Positions 12,158 through 25,222 of a DNA stretch of 64,000 nucleotides are shown one piece after another. Each line of letters starts with the position of its first letter. Position 1 is the stretch's first letter. The notes under the pieces were generated by a model. That model searched no databases. It was not told the DNA's origin and saw nothing but the letters and a program-made list of their open reading frames with translations. Position numbers and translations under genes: made by a program. The stretch lies in the NCBI RefSeq assembly GCF_004010195.1, contig NC_057719.1, positions 75,470,866-75,534,865 on the forward strand. Reading direction: 5' to 3'. The stretch is from Chiloscyllium plagiosum (lineage: Eukaryota).

Positions 12158-12490
12158 AAAAAGCACACAACACCGGGCTATAGTCCAACAGGTTTATTTC
12201 AAACTGCAAGCTTTCTGAGCCCCGCTCCTACCTCAGGGACCTTGTGAGGGGGAATACATTGGACACAGAATTTGTAAGTAAAAGATCAAAGGGTCATACA
12301 ACTTATGCCAATGTATTGAACAAACCAAATGGCTATTAAGTTTTTAATCAGTTAGAATGGAGATGCAGGCTTGGATCGATTAATATGTAAATCACAGAAT
12401 TTCTTTCAAGTTACTGCCTTAAGATAACTTCAGGTTTTATCAGAATAAAGGTGACACTTCAGGTCAGACAATATACTTTAGGTGTGAGGC
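12158..12490 (-). mobile_element. Penelope-like element end (family B)
   Basis: CACACAACACC..TATAGTCCAACAGGTTTATTT...AAGCTTTC is shared with 15905-15993 and 20402-20483; reverse strand has CTGAGGTAGGAGC...GCTCAGAAAGCTT. Confidence 0.55.
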
Positions 12491-15400
12491 CACGTTTGTA
12501 CCTTTTTGGGAAGAGAGTTCCAAAATCCCAGGTCCCTTTACGAGAAAAACAATCTCCTTCTCTTGTCTTATTTCAAACAATGATCCTTAAATCTCTAGCA
12601 AGGGAAAGTACCTTTTCTATATACACCCTTGTCAACCAAGCCTTTCTTACTCTTCCAACTCCCCAGACACGAGCCTAACCTATTCAAACTTTTATTTCAA
12701 ACCTGCCCATCTCGTTGTGAAAACTGTGTCCCCCTGCTGATTGTACCTCTGAGTGGTACTCATAGGCTATGGGAAAAGTATCGTTAAAAAAAGATGGACA
12801 ACTCTATGGTTATAATGTTTAGATGAAGTGATCAGAGAATTTGAACGTAAATTGTTTTGTAATCCTCAGGATTTATATTAAATCTCCATTTATATTAAAT
12901 ATACAAGTTTATTAATCTCAGAAGTATTGCCTCATAATCAAGCTTCCATAGTGAGCTTGGACTAGCAGCTCCTGGGTGTGTGTCCCCCCTCAGGGGGGCA
13001 GTAGATGTCTTTAGGCAGTGCTTTCCTCTTTATTGTGTAATGGCAGGTTTTCAGGGATGTGACATGTTCTCCCCCCTACACCCACATTGGAGTTCATGTG
13101 CTTCCAAATGTAATCGCCTGTCAGGCCAACATGCTGTTACTCACCTTCTCAATGCTCCTCCAAACCACAGGCTGCTTCTCTCCCATTCTTGCTGCACAAC
13201 TGTAACGTAGTCCCAGACAGGAACAACCTGCGATCAGTGGAGAAATGAGAGGTGGTGCAGGAACGTGAACACCCGGACTCCGTTGGGTGCTGATAGCCCA
13301 TCTGCTGTCTGAGAGGGAGAGGAAGGAGGCGGCTGGACCTTCAAGTCAGTCTGCTACTGGGAGGGATATGCCCTGACTGGCCAAGACCAACAGCCTGGTG
13401 GTACCATCTCACCAAGCAGAGGATGGAGGCTCAGTGAAGTTGGGGAGAGGGGCTACCGAGTGAAATTTTTTAACAAAAGTGCCAACTGACCCATAACATG
13501 TAATTAGAATGGCTTAGGTAATGTGTTGTCATTAGAGAGGTCAAGTTACCTCTGAAATTGCTTGTAGAAAAAAGGTTGGCAAATATGAATTGGGGTACAC
13601 AGTCCAAACAGTTTGGGAATCATTAGTCTTGCATGTGTTTCTGTGCTTCTCAGTTGCTGCTGTTACTTACGTGGAGTCAGAGGGCAAGGCAGAGCAGCAC
13701 TAGTTTAACGATGTTGCGTTAGAGCTGGAGGCAGGAGGAGTGTTTCCACAGACCTTCTGCCTGCTACCCCTTTGAAAGGGGGGACTCCATCTGGAGTGCA
13801 CTCCTTGCAATCCATTCCTCTCACAGCTGATTAATGAAGAGACTTCCATACCACTGAGAAAAATAGGACCGGCGAGTGATTCTGCTCTCAGTTGCTTGTC
13901 CTGCTGTCTCCTTAACAAATAACTTGATGTTTCCAGGAAGTGTTCATACAGGGATCATACCTATAAATAGCTTTTGCTGAATTAAATACTGAAATGAATT
14001 AAGTGATGAATTGAATCAAAGACTATTCAAACATGCTAAGTGATAGGTATCGTAAATATTTAATTGCAATTATTCCTCATTGAAATGACGGTCACATTCT
14101 GATGCATGGTCATGTGGTTAGTGTACATATCAGAAAGCAAGCTGTGCAGACGGCTCAGTACATTGACTCTGATGAATCAATTGATGTGCTGCGTGGTTCT
14201 ATTGCAGTAATATTGAATGTTGTTAGCTGTCTGATCATAGTTTCATGAAATTCTGAATATCTTATTTTCAGATCAGCAATGTTATAAGCAATTTATTTAC
14301 ATGGGGAGGATCTGTTTAAAGCTTTTTTGAATCCAAGAAATGAGTTCCTTGTTCAAGCAGTTGAAAATCTCAGCTGTTCAATACTGAGTAGCATTTTAAA
14401 ATGATGGTTTCATTATTCTGGGTATTCTAAATGTCATGATAACTTAAAGCAGGCCTGTGTGATATTGGTTTTTACAGGAAGATTATACACCAGACTTAAA
14501 GATATGTTCAACTATTCACTGTATGTAACAGCATGGTGTGAGATTTAATTAATACCTTTGTGAACGTTTAAAGAAAAGAGCCACATGTGAATAGAAGAAG
14601 AGTTTTATTTGCAGTACAGATCCTGAGTTAATAATGTCTAACCATTCTGCGCTAACTCACTCCTCTATGAATGGAAATTAAAAGGATGCAAAAACTGAAA
14701 TTTGTGAATTGACAGTAAAAACAATATTTGTAGCTGTCAACGTACACACAAGTAAAAAAGAAGTGGAAGTTTTTGAACGAGATTTTAGATTTTGTAAATA
14801 CATTTGAATTTATCCAGAGGTTCAGATTGTATTCAGTGCCCAAAACGTTTCTTTTGGCAGTGCTGGTGGGACATTATTTTTCCGTTAAAATAGGAGACTC
14901 CTTGGAGCTGGCTCCTCCTGGAGCTCTCCACAATCTACATTATTGTGATAGTGCATTATATTTAAAATATTGCCTGAAGACATTGCTTGAGGGATTATTG
15001 AAAAAGCAATTTATTTCAAGTTTTCGTGGACAAACCGAGAGTAGTTTCTTGAAAGAGATTCCCTGTGGGCGTTGGAATTCTTTTTGGTGAAGGTCGTCCT
15101 AGAAATCACATGACTGGTGCCAACTGCTTTCTTTGCATTAATCCTACTAGGGTAGGTCTTGAACATTGACTGGCTTGGAGATGTACTTGTAACAAACCTA
15201 AGGGATGGGTGAATAAAGAAGGGGAGACCGCTCAAATCTCCCCACCCGTGAGCTTGACAACTTGTGGTATCCCTCCGGGAACAGGAATCTCTTGGGAAAC
15301 TTCATCTGGGGTCTGGTCATGACAAGTAGCTGATCTGCTATCAAAGCAAACTTCGATTCAGACCCCATTCAAAGGCGGGTCATCCTTCAGTAGCCACTTT

Positions 15401-15726
15401 AAACTGTGAGTCAAACTGTGAACTCAGAATCTCCACAGAAATGACTGTAGCGTTTAAAAGGTGGTCAGGTATTCATAACTGCATCATTATAGCTCTTGGG
15501 GAAATGTCAACGAGAGATCCATTGAAACTCCGTGAACAGATGCGAATGGATTTTTTTTCAAACCTGCACCAGATGGCTTGTCACTCAACATGGTCCAAAA
15601 GGGACCTTTTTAAAATTAGCACTAATGCCTCCAGCCTTTTCTTTCAATATTTAAAGGGTGGAGCATTTAAGAAACTTAATATTACGGTACTCAAACTGAG
15701 CTTGTATACTTTTCAAGAATGTCCAT

Positions 15727-16806
15727 CATAGAATCAGAGAACCCCCTATAGTGTGGAAGCAGGCCATTTGGTCCATATAGTCCGCACCAATTGTCTGAAA
15801 AGCATCCCATCCAGACACCCCCCCCCCCCCACCCCCCCCACCCCCCCAAGCCACCAACTCTATCACTGTAGCCTTGCATTTCCCAATGCTAATCAACCTA
15901 GCCAGAGTCAGAAGTCACATGACGCCAAGTAATGGTCCAACAGATTTATTTGAAATCACAAGCTTTCAGAGTGCTGTTCCTTTGTCAGGTGAAGCCAGCA
16001 CATCCCTGAACACTATGGGCAATTTAGCATGGCCAATCCACCTAACCTGCACATCCCTGAACACTATGGGCAATTTAACATGGCTAATACACCTAACCTG
16101 CACATCCCTGAACACTACGGGCAATTTAACATGGCCAATTCACCTAACCTGCACATCCCTGAACACCATGGGCAATTTAACATGGCCAATCCACCTAACC
16201 AGCACATCCCTGAACACTATGGGCAATTTAACATGGCTAATACGCCTAATCTGCACATCCCTGAACACTATGGGCAATTTACCATGGCCAATCCACCTAA
16301 CCTGCACATCCCTGAACACTACGGGCAATTTAACATGGCTAATTCACCTAACCAGCACATCCCTGAACATTACGAGCAATTTAGCATGGCCAAACCACCC
16401 AACCTGCACATCCCTGAACACTATGGGCAATTTAGCATGGCCAAACCACCTAACCTGGACATCTCTGAACACTATGGGCAATTTAGCGTGGCCAAACCAC
16501 CTAACCTGCACATCCCTGAACACCATGGGCAATTTAACATGGCTAAACCACCTAACCAGCACATCCCTTAACACTATGGGCAATTTAACATGGCTAAACC
16601 ACCTAACCAGCACATCCCTTAACACCATGGGCAATTTAACATGGCCAATACACCTAACCAGCACATCCCTGAACACTATGGGCAATTTAACATGGCCAAG
16701 CCACATAACCTGCACATCTCTGGACTGTGGGAGGAAACTGAAGCACCCAGAGGAAACCTACACAGACACAGGGAGAATGTGCAAACTCCATGCAGACAGT
16801 CACCCG
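15727..16806 (-). mobile_element. HE1/V-SINE copy interrupted by a Penelope-like fragment (15905-15993) and carrying an internal tandem amplification
   Basis: SINE tail CATAGAATC...GTGTGGAAGCAGGCC at 15727; core GGACTGTGGGAGGAAAC...GCAAACTCCA at ~16722-16790. Confidence 0.85.
15998..16718. repeat. 14 x 51-bp tandem repeat GCACATCCCTGAACACTATGGGCAATTTA(A/G)CATGGCCAATCCACCTAACCT derived from the SINE core
   Basis: GCACATC starts at 15998 and 16712: 714 bp = 14 x 51, with no net indel. Confidence 0.95.
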
Positions 16807-17279
16807 TGGGTGCCGCCCCTATATAACAAGGGCTCACCTGGGATCAATTTGTGATTCCCACAATGTTGGGCTAGGCCCTTGTAACAGCCAGAATGGTTGC
16901 CACCCAACTTGTGCCTGCTGGCAAAAAATTGAAATATTGGAGCTGTGACAGGATTTCCACCTTCCATTCCACTCTGCCATTTTTAAAGATCTGTTGAGTC
17001 TTTCTGACTCCACAGAAGGAACTTGGTCTCTCACCTTTTGACATGTGGAAGCATTTAATAACATAGGAACACCTGCATCTTCTTAGCCAACAGTCATAAT
17101 TTCACTTAACTTCTATTCTGAACTGAGGTGATTTCCCCAGTTAGTGTTATCCATCTGAATGCAGTTAAATGTTAACAAAAGTACAATTAACAACACACTT
17201 ACTGCTGCCATTTCTGATCCTGCCCAGTATCCCATGGTCAAGGTGGTAGTGCCGGCACGGTGGGCTGTCCACTTCAGTC

Positions 17280-17716
17280 CGGATGCATTCTTTTTTCCTC
17301 TCTCCTTTTTGGCTATATTTCTTTCTCTTCTTCTTTTCTTCATCTTTCTAATGTCATGGGGGGACTGGAGCAGTGTGGTGGTGACTGGAGCAGGGATTCC
17401 TGGCTTCATAGACCTGAGGCTTGGATTCCAGGAATTGGCGGTGAGGTGTCGGCTGTAGCGATGGCAGAGCAGGGACTCCTGGCTGTGGTAGACCTGGAGC
17501 AGAGAGCTTGCAGAGACCTTGCATAAGTTCTGGAGCCACTTTTGGGACCCTGACCGATGAAGATGGACTGTATTTAAGTGTTTTATTTTTATTCTTTGAT
17601 ACCTCAGTTGGTGTACCTCAGCCTTTTCTACCTCAATTGCACTGGATTGTGGCAACAGAACATTTTTCACTGGATCTCCCTAGATACATGTGACAATAAA
17701 TCATTCATTCATTCAT
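17280..17716 (+). mobile_element. Non-autonomous retroposon with Rex1/Babar-like 3' tail
   Basis: Ends TTTTCACTG...TACATGTGACAATAAA(TCAT)4; a similar element lies on the minus strand at ~45390-45978; 5' boundary approximate. Confidence 0.5.
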
Positions 17717-17842
17717 GTAAATATTTTGGGTGAACTTCTGCACAGTGTATGATGAAATAGTTGGCTTACCTGAGTATGAAGATGAGGGGGGAATTTCACA
17801 GAGGCACAGGCCTTCCTGGTTTTAAAATCAGAGGCTCCCTCC

Positions 17843-18078
17843 TGTGGTGATTGTAATGAGGTCAGCTAAGTGGACCTTACAGACTATGAGTTCTCTGATT
17901 AGGGCTGTTAATCTGATCCAATCAGGGAGCCCTGGCCGACAGAAATAAACAAGAGTGTCAGAGGTTCTGCTCACTTTGAGAACTGGCTCTGAGGAAGTTG
18001 GATCAGTGTCAAAGACTTTCCACATGTAAATGAAGGGTGACTTGGTGACGGGATACCGGCCTCTGTGGAGTTTTTTCA
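17843..18078 (+). mobile_element. Solo LTR (~236 bp, TG...CA)
   Basis: Homologous to 39291-39529 and 54031-54242; flanks CCTCC/CCTAC resemble a 5-bp TSD. Confidence 0.8.
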
Positions 18079-18694
18079 CCTACTCCTCTGCCGACATCTC
18101 AAACAAGATTGGATATCTTTTCACCAATTAAATAAATGTACCATAAAACATAACCTGTTGTGTTGTTATGTCTTGCCTATGTGAAGCCACTTCCAAAGGT
18201 TATGGGACAGAACTCAGCTGCATGGTTGCTAATATTCTAGGAGGTTTCTCTCCTCCTCCTGCTCATTTTTGGTCATTAAAATCGCCAGATTTTTAATCTG
18301 AATTTGTCCTAGTTTTACAATTATAAAAACTTTTTAATCGTGATAATTTTAAGTTCTTCTTTTCACGTTTTTGGCCCACCTTGCATTTTAATTCAAGTGA
18401 CGGTAATATGTTGACATTGTGAATTGCTTCCCCAAGCCTCCAAGCACCAAACTCTGTCACTCACACTCAGTGAGAAATATGTTAACAGGTTGTTCAGCTG
18501 CTATCTCTGGGCTTGCATTGTAATATTGGACATGGGGTCAGCAATCTACCACATTACCAAGTCGTTTGGCCCTTTTAGTTTTTTAAATCTATACTTTTTC
18601 CCTGGCATAATGCTGGCCAACCAGTGATGCCCATGTCCTGAGAGTGAATAAAAGTAAAAAAAAAAGTATTTTTTGAACAACTGTATTGATGCAT

Positions 18695-19162
18695 TGATAA
18701 GGTGTGAAGCTGCAATTTCAATGTGGGGTGTTGCATTTTGGTGAAGTGAATCAGGGCAGGATATATGCGCTTAATGGTAGGGTCTTGCTAAAGAGAGAGA
18801 CCTTCAGGTACAGGTTCATAGTTCCTTGAAAATGGAATCTCAAGTAGACAGGATAGTAAAGAAGACGTTTGGTACGCTTGGCCTTTATTGGTCAGTGCAT
18901 TGAGTACAGGAGTAGGGATATAATTTTGCGACTGCATAGGACATTGGTTAGGCGACTTTTGAAATATTGTATTCAATTCTGGTCTCCCTGCTATAGGAAG
19001 GATATTGTTAAACTTGAAAGGGTATATGAATAGGAACGGTTTTGAGGGATAATGGCCAAATACTGGCAATGGGACTAGATTAATTTAGGATATCTGGTCG
19101 GCATGGGCGAGTTGGACCAAAGGATCTGTCTCTGTGCTTTATAATTTTCTGACTTTATAATC
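18695..19162 (+). mobile_element. CR1/HER1 LINE 3' fragment with internal deletion
   Basis: Degenerate ORF2 C-terminus (LVR..LKYCIQFWSPCYRKD) followed by CR1 3' UTR. Confidence 0.8.
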
Positions 19163-19307
19163 TAGAGGCAGATGAAAAAAAAAGGATTTACTTGACTAGA
19201 ATCCTCTGCTTTGAAAGAAGCATTCTTATCCATTGGGAACATTATGGTGGATAAGTTGCACCTTACTATATCATGGATGATGTTGTTCTAGAATAGCCAA
19301 TAACAGG

Positions 19308-19415
19308 TTAGATTAGATTCCCTACAGTGTGGAAACAGGCCCTTCGGCCCAACAAGTCCACACCGACCCTCCGAAGAGTAACCCACCCAGAATAATTTCC
19401 CTCTGACTAATGTGC
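19308..19415 (-). mobile_element. HE1 SINE 3' fragment
   Basis: TTAGATTAGATTCCCTACAGTGTGGAAACAGGCCCTTCGGCCCAAC tail. Confidence 0.8.
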
Positions 19416-20124
19416 CTATATTGATTTTGAATACTTTTAGCTGATAGATCTTCTGTCACATACACGGTGCAAGAACTGACCCTCGACAATTGCCACAGTA
19501 AAGAGCTTTCTCGCTGAATCACTTATCCCAGGAACTAAACCTATAGAGTCCCATCCATAACAGCATGCCTTTTTCAACATGAGTCTAGTTTTGGATGTCC
19601 AAATAAAATAACTTGATGGCTACTATATTCCAATATGGTCCAAGGCATAAAATGACAAAATCAGGGTTGGATCATAAACACCTACACACATATATATCAA
19701 AGATAAAAATAATGGGTGACAATTGCAACAAGTTGTTGAGTTAGAAGATCTGCAATGATAAGAGCTGACACATGCTGCACTTCTGTTATGACTTTCTCTT
19801 TTTATAGTTTGCTATTATTGTATAAATGCATGGAATCAAATATCTTTCTCACTGCCATATTTTTCACACTGTGCTTGAAATGGTGTAATCTGTGTGTTAG
19901 ACTGGAAATGCCAGAAAAAAGACATCGTCAAGAATGTTTGGATTTACAACATGTCAAATTGGACATATTGAAGCAGGTATAATCATAGAAAACAAAGAAA
20001 AATGGTACTTAATTTTCGAATGCCTTTCTTGCTGTCTTTCTTCCCTTGCTATGAAGTGACCAGATGTCATTCCCTGGTTAGATGCTACAGTAGCAATATG
20101 TGAGGTTTATTTAACTTCTTTCTT

Positions 20125-20315
20125 GAGATGTAGATGCCACTGGTGAATTGACATTTGTAGCCCATTCCTAATTGTTTTGTGACCATGTTACTGTGGATTT
20201 GGAGACATATGTAGGCCAGAGCAAGTAAGGATTGCAGATTTCCTTCAAGGACATTCATGACCCCCAACGTTAGTTTTATCCATCAATCATTAGTTCCATT
20301 GTCACTATTACTGAG
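20125..20315 (-). mobile_element. MER131-like tRNA-SINE fragment
   Basis: Reverse-strand match to the copies at 52190-52515 and 61375-61752. Confidence 0.55.
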
Positions 20316-20401
20316 ATTGTGGACTGAGCGACATAGGCGATGGTGAAATTTGTGGCAGGAACTGATGAGAAGTCCAGCAAGGTCAAGCTTGACATTGTTA
20401 A

Positions 20402-20483
20402 AAGCCACACAACACCAGGTTATAGTCTAACAGGTTTATTTGGAAGTACAAGCTTTCACATCACTGCTCCTTTGTCAGGTAGC
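20402..20483 (-). mobile_element. Penelope-like element end (family B)
   Basis: Reverse strand CCTGACAAAGGAGCAGTGATGTGAAAGCTTG...AATAAACCTGTTAGACTATAACCTGGTG. Confidence 0.6.
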
Positions 20484-20539
20484 TAGCCATTGGAAACATT
20501 TTGCTGCATCTCTTATGCCTTGGTCAGAAACAGAGTGGA

Positions 20540-21215
20540 CTAGCTGTACAAATGCAATGGCTACAAAAGCAGGCCAGAGTCTAGGAATCTGCAATGAGTA
20601 ACTAACCTCTTCATTCCTTAAAGCCTGCCTACAAGGTACAGCTCAGGAATTTATGGAATACTCCCCACTTGCCTGGATGAGTACAGCTCCAACAACAATC
20701 AACAAGCTTGACACCATCCAGGACAAAGCAGTCCATACGATTGGCACATCATCAACACACAATCACACCCTCTACAATGCTCAGTAGTAGCAACGCATAC
20801 TATCTGCAAGATGCATTGAAGAAATTCACCAAGACTTGTTGGCTCTATGAGCAAGACCATCTGGAAGGACAAAGGCAACAGGTACATGGGAAAAGCACCG
20901 CTTGCAAGTTCCCCTTCAAGTTATTCACGCTCCTGATTTGGAAATATATCGCCATTCATTCAGTGTCACTGGGTCAAAATCCTGGAACTGCCCCCTTACT
21001 GGCACTGTGGGTGTACCTACTGCGAATGAATTGCCCCCTTACTTGCACTGTGGGTGTACCTACTGCGAATGAACTGCCCCCTTACTGGCACTGTGGGTGT
21101 ACCTACTGCGAATGAACTGCTGTATGCCCTGATGGCAGCTCTGCGAAATGTAATTAGAAATTCTGACCCAGGCAGCAATGCCCAAATCTCCTGAATCAAT
21201 AAAGATAAAATCATT
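20540..21215 (+). mobile_element. CR1/L2-group LINE 3' fragment containing a 3 x 43-bp tandem duplication (20985-21120)
   Basis: Degenerate MEYSPLAWMS.APTT..KLDTIQDKA; homologous to 59345-60290 and 46000-46830. Confidence 0.7.
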
Positions 21216-23509
21216 CAGCAATTGTGAGGCCGATGGTAAATACATTTAAAAATGGCCACTTGTATGTGATTGGGGAAAGGGAGAGCTAATATCTCTGAGG
21301 GAAAACATACATAAAGTGCTGAAGAACAGATCACTGAGCTCCTGACTGGCTTCTTCTCAAAATGGCTCTGTGTACCTTTTAACACTGTTCTGTGAACTGT
21401 CAAAACTAAACATAGTGTGAAAATGTACAAGGTAATGAAAAGTAAATAATAAACATTCACTGTAATTTTGCCACGGACCAATTTTCCATTGCCAGCTGTG
21501 ACAAACGGTTTGCACCTGAAACATTAATCTGACATTTCTGTTTTCACAAATGCCGATATACCTGCTGTGTGTGCCCAAGATGTCTTTCAGGATTTTTTTT
21601 TAGATACTCAAGATTTGCATTTTATTTCACAGCTCTTTCATGCCTGGTTAGTTAGTGGGCAAGTGCACGCCTTCCCATATTGCCTGCAATCCCGAGGTGG
21701 TGTTCTTGCACCCATTTGAGTGAATAGTGGACCAGTTGTGCCTTTAATACCTTAAAGGGGCACTATCAGAAAAAAAAAGAAGTTAAAAGCAAATGTAAAA
21801 TATAACTTTGGAATATCATTGTGGGTGGATTCATGCACTCCAACCTCTGCTGTTGGAGGGATTGTAGGGCTGAGATTCCTGATGGAGGTTTTGGGAGCTG
21901 ACACCAGTGTGAAATTCTGTCTGAGCAGAGGTATGCTCTGGTGGGAGTCCATCACATACTCGAGCTATTTCTAGTGTTGTTGTGGGTGAGCACTATCGTT
22001 TTATGTTAGTGAAAGGTGTTGACTACAAGCTGAACACCCACTGACACATGACTAGAGTTCTATTGGCATCATCAAATGAAAAGACCATGTGGCAGACTTT
22101 GAGCAGGTCCTGGTAAATGACAGGCAACAACACAGATAAGGAATCACAAAGAACTCTCCAATCGAACAACAGGATGTGTGTGTGAATCATAATTCAGGCA
22201 GGGAACCTGTGGGAAGAAACACATATCAGGACACTCTATCCAGGAGAGGTTTAACATAAAATATTTTTGCAGGTTCTAAAGGCAGAACGTTGCCACATGA
22301 AACGTCGTAATGGACCTTAATCTTACTCCAGTTAGTGTCAGTGGATATTAATTCCAGTAGGCAGGCACATAGATACACTCAATTGACATGGCATTTATAA
22401 AATTATCCACTCTGCTCATGATATTCCTGCGCTCAAAAAACAGATTGGATGGTCCTCAAAAAAGCATTTGTGAATTTGAATAATTCCAATGACCTTTGTT
22501 TTAGATTTTTCTCCTGTTTTATATTAGTTAATCAGGTCATAGAACAAGAAGGTGCAGCTTGAGGCATCATTAATGAAAGACCACCATGCCGACCTCAGTC
22601 ACTTTTGAATCACTTGGAAGCACTTGGGGGAATGATGTGTTAAAGGGAAAAACAGGGTTAGCCAAAGCTTGCTGTAAGAGATTTAGAAAAAGCTGACCCA
22701 AAGATCACAATGGACTTGATGTTGATCCACCCTTTGCATGCAAAGCAATTACTAATTACTGACGTGCCTCTACATGTCCTTCATCATTCAGAGCCTCATA
22801 GACTCTGCTATAGAATCATAGGAAATTACAGCTCAGAAAGAGCCCATCAACCTGTGCTTGCTTTTTGGAAGAGCAGCTGTCCTCAGTTCAACATCCCCAC
22901 ACTTTGTTCATAGCTGTGTGTAAGTTCTACATTCTCAGATAGCTGTTCAAATCCCTTTTAACAATGTATGGACTCTGCTGTCCAACCATGTTTTCAGTTT
23001 GACTGTCCCAGATCCCAACAACGATAAATTTCTCCCCGTTTTCCCTCCAGATCTTTCTACAAGTATATTTTGGATCTGTGGTTATTAGACCACTCACTGG
23101 AGGGAATCGCTTTTATCTCCTCACTTTTACCAAAATCTCTTAGTTATCAGGAAAGCTTTGTTTGTTCACTTCAGAACGCCTCTTAACAGGCCTAACTACT
23201 CTTTATATCTGAGGTACCTCGATCCTGGTAACATTCTGGTAAATGTATGGACCCTTTCTAAAGCCTTTACATCATTCCCGAAATGTGTTACCCAGAATTG
23301 TCCATAATATTCCGGGTGTGGCCTCTACAGTGAATTGTAAATTTCCAGCCTGCTTTCTTCATATTTACTGCCATTATTATTTATATATTATTTATTCTTC
23401 CGAGTAGCCTGCATGTTTTTTAAAACACCACCTTAGCATTTTGGCTTGGCATCTTTCCAGAGTTTTGCATGTAGACATCAAAGTTTTCATCAATACTTCA
23501 CAAATATGC

Positions 23510-24195
23510 GAGTTATAGAAGATAGGAGTAGGACTCGGCCACTTGACTCCTGCTCCACCATTCAATATGATCATCGAGCTCAGTATCCTAATCCTACCCT
23601 CCACCCATATCCCTTGATCCCTTTAGCCACGAGAGCTATATCTGCCTTCTTCTTGAAAACGCATAATGCTTTGGTCTCAATCACTTGAAGTGGCCGTGAA
23701 TTCCACAGGCTCACCACTCTATGGGTGAAGAAATTTCTTCTCACCTCAATTCTAAAAGATTTATCCCTTATCCTTAATCTATTACCCCTAGTTCTGGACT
23801 CTCCCATCATCAGGATCTTCATTCCTGCATCCAACCAGTGTAGTCCTGTTAGAATATTATTGGTTTCTGAGATCGACCCCCCCCCCCGCCTCCAATTCTT
23901 CTCAACTCCAATGGATACAATCCTAACCCACTCACCTGCTCCTTGTACACCAATCCTGCCATCCAGGAATCAATTAGTTATACATTTGCTGCATTCTGTT
24001 TATAGCAAGTACATCCTTTTTCAGATAAGGAGACCAAAACTGCGCACAATATTCCAGGCATGGCCTCACCAATGCCCTGTAAAATTGCTGCGAGACATCC
24101 CTGCTCCTATACTCGAATCCTTCGCTATGAAGGCTAACATACATTTTGTTATCTTTACTGCCTACTGCACCGGTGTGCCTACTTTTAGCAGCTGA
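23510..24195 (-). mobile_element. CR1 LINE 3' fragment
   Basis: Reverse translation GESRTRGNRLRIRDKSFRIEVRRNFFTHRVVSLWNS, typical of the CR1 ORF2 C-terminus. Confidence 0.85.
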
Positions 24196-24505
24196 ATAAC
24201 CTATAGTCTTTCCATATTAATGTTCTGAACTTTGTTTGCCATACCCCTAACCATTTCACTGTACTGTCTATATCATCTTGAAGCCTGTCTGTCCCCACTA
24301 TGATATATCATTTTGTCACATATTCCATACTGCCTACAAGTTTTGTTCTGGGTCATTTTGAAAAATTGGAAGTGGCTCTGCATCGTTAAGTTCAAACATT
24401 TGAGAAAAAATAGCACTTGCATCTGTTCAATATGGAAGTTGTTTGTATTTTTATATTTTGCGATAAGTATCTGTAAACAAGCTAATTAAAACAGAGTACT
24501 GTGGA

Positions 24506-24678
24506 TAGAATCATAGAATCCCTACAGTGTGGAAACATTAGGCCCAACAAATCCATACTGACCCTCTGAAGAGTAACCCACCCAGACTCATTCCCCTGAC
24601 TAATGCACCTAAACTACACATCCTTGAACACTATGGGCAATTTAACATGGCCAATTCACCCAACCTGCACATCTTTGG
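24506..24678 (-). mobile_element. HE1 SINE 3' half, followed by a Penelope-like family D fragment (24680-24800)
   Basis: TAGAATCATAGAATCCCTACAGTGTGG...ACACTATGGGCAATTTAACATGGCC. Confidence 0.8.
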
Positions 24679-24876
24679 TTGCTGGAAATCTGAAACAAAC
24701 GCAGATATTGCTGGAGAAATTCAGCATGTCTGGCAGCATCTGTGGAGAGAGAAACAGAGTTAATGTTTTGAGTCTGGTGTGACTCTTGTACAAATCTGAC
24801 ACCACTGGTACAACAAAGCTGTGGTTAAAGCAGGTTTTGGTAGCTGAGGGGCAGCCTTAAGCTAGTTAATCATCAT

Positions 24877-25222
24877 CATAGAATCCCTACTGTGTGGAAA
24901 CGGGCCATTTAGCACAATAAGTCCACACCAACCCTCCAAAGAGTAACTCACCCAGACCCATTCCCCTGCCCTATTAGTCTACATTTACCCCTGACTAATT
25001 CACCAAACCTGCACATCCCTGAACTCTATGGGCAATTTACCATGGCCAGTCCACCTAACCTGCACATCTTTGGACTGTGGGAGGAAACTGAAGCACCCGG
25101 AGGAAACCCACACAGACACAGAGTGAATGTGCAAACTCCACACAGTCACCCAAGGCTGGAATTGAACCCTGGTCCTTGGTACTGTGAGGCAGCAGTGCTA
25201 ACCACTGAGCCACCATGCTGCC
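24877..25222 (-). mobile_element. Full-length HE1/V-SINE (tRNA-derived head, V-domain core, CR1-like tail)
   Basis: Reverse strand has A box TGGCTCAGTGG, B box GGTTCAATTCC, core TTTCCTCCCACAGTCCAAAGATGTGCAGGTTAGGTGG and tail GGGATTCTATGATG. Confidence 0.9.

Noticed and set aside
13961..13970. Perfect MEF2 sites (CTATAAATAG here, CTAAAAATAG at 58034) as muscle enhancers
   Set aside because: Plausible for NCX3, but a couple of such 10-mers are expected by chance in 64 kb of AT-rich DNA; conservation data needed
25150..25222. tRNA genes at SINE heads (also 34131, 57700, 63086)
   Set aside because: A and B boxes are present but the sequence continues into SINE body with no complete cloverleaf
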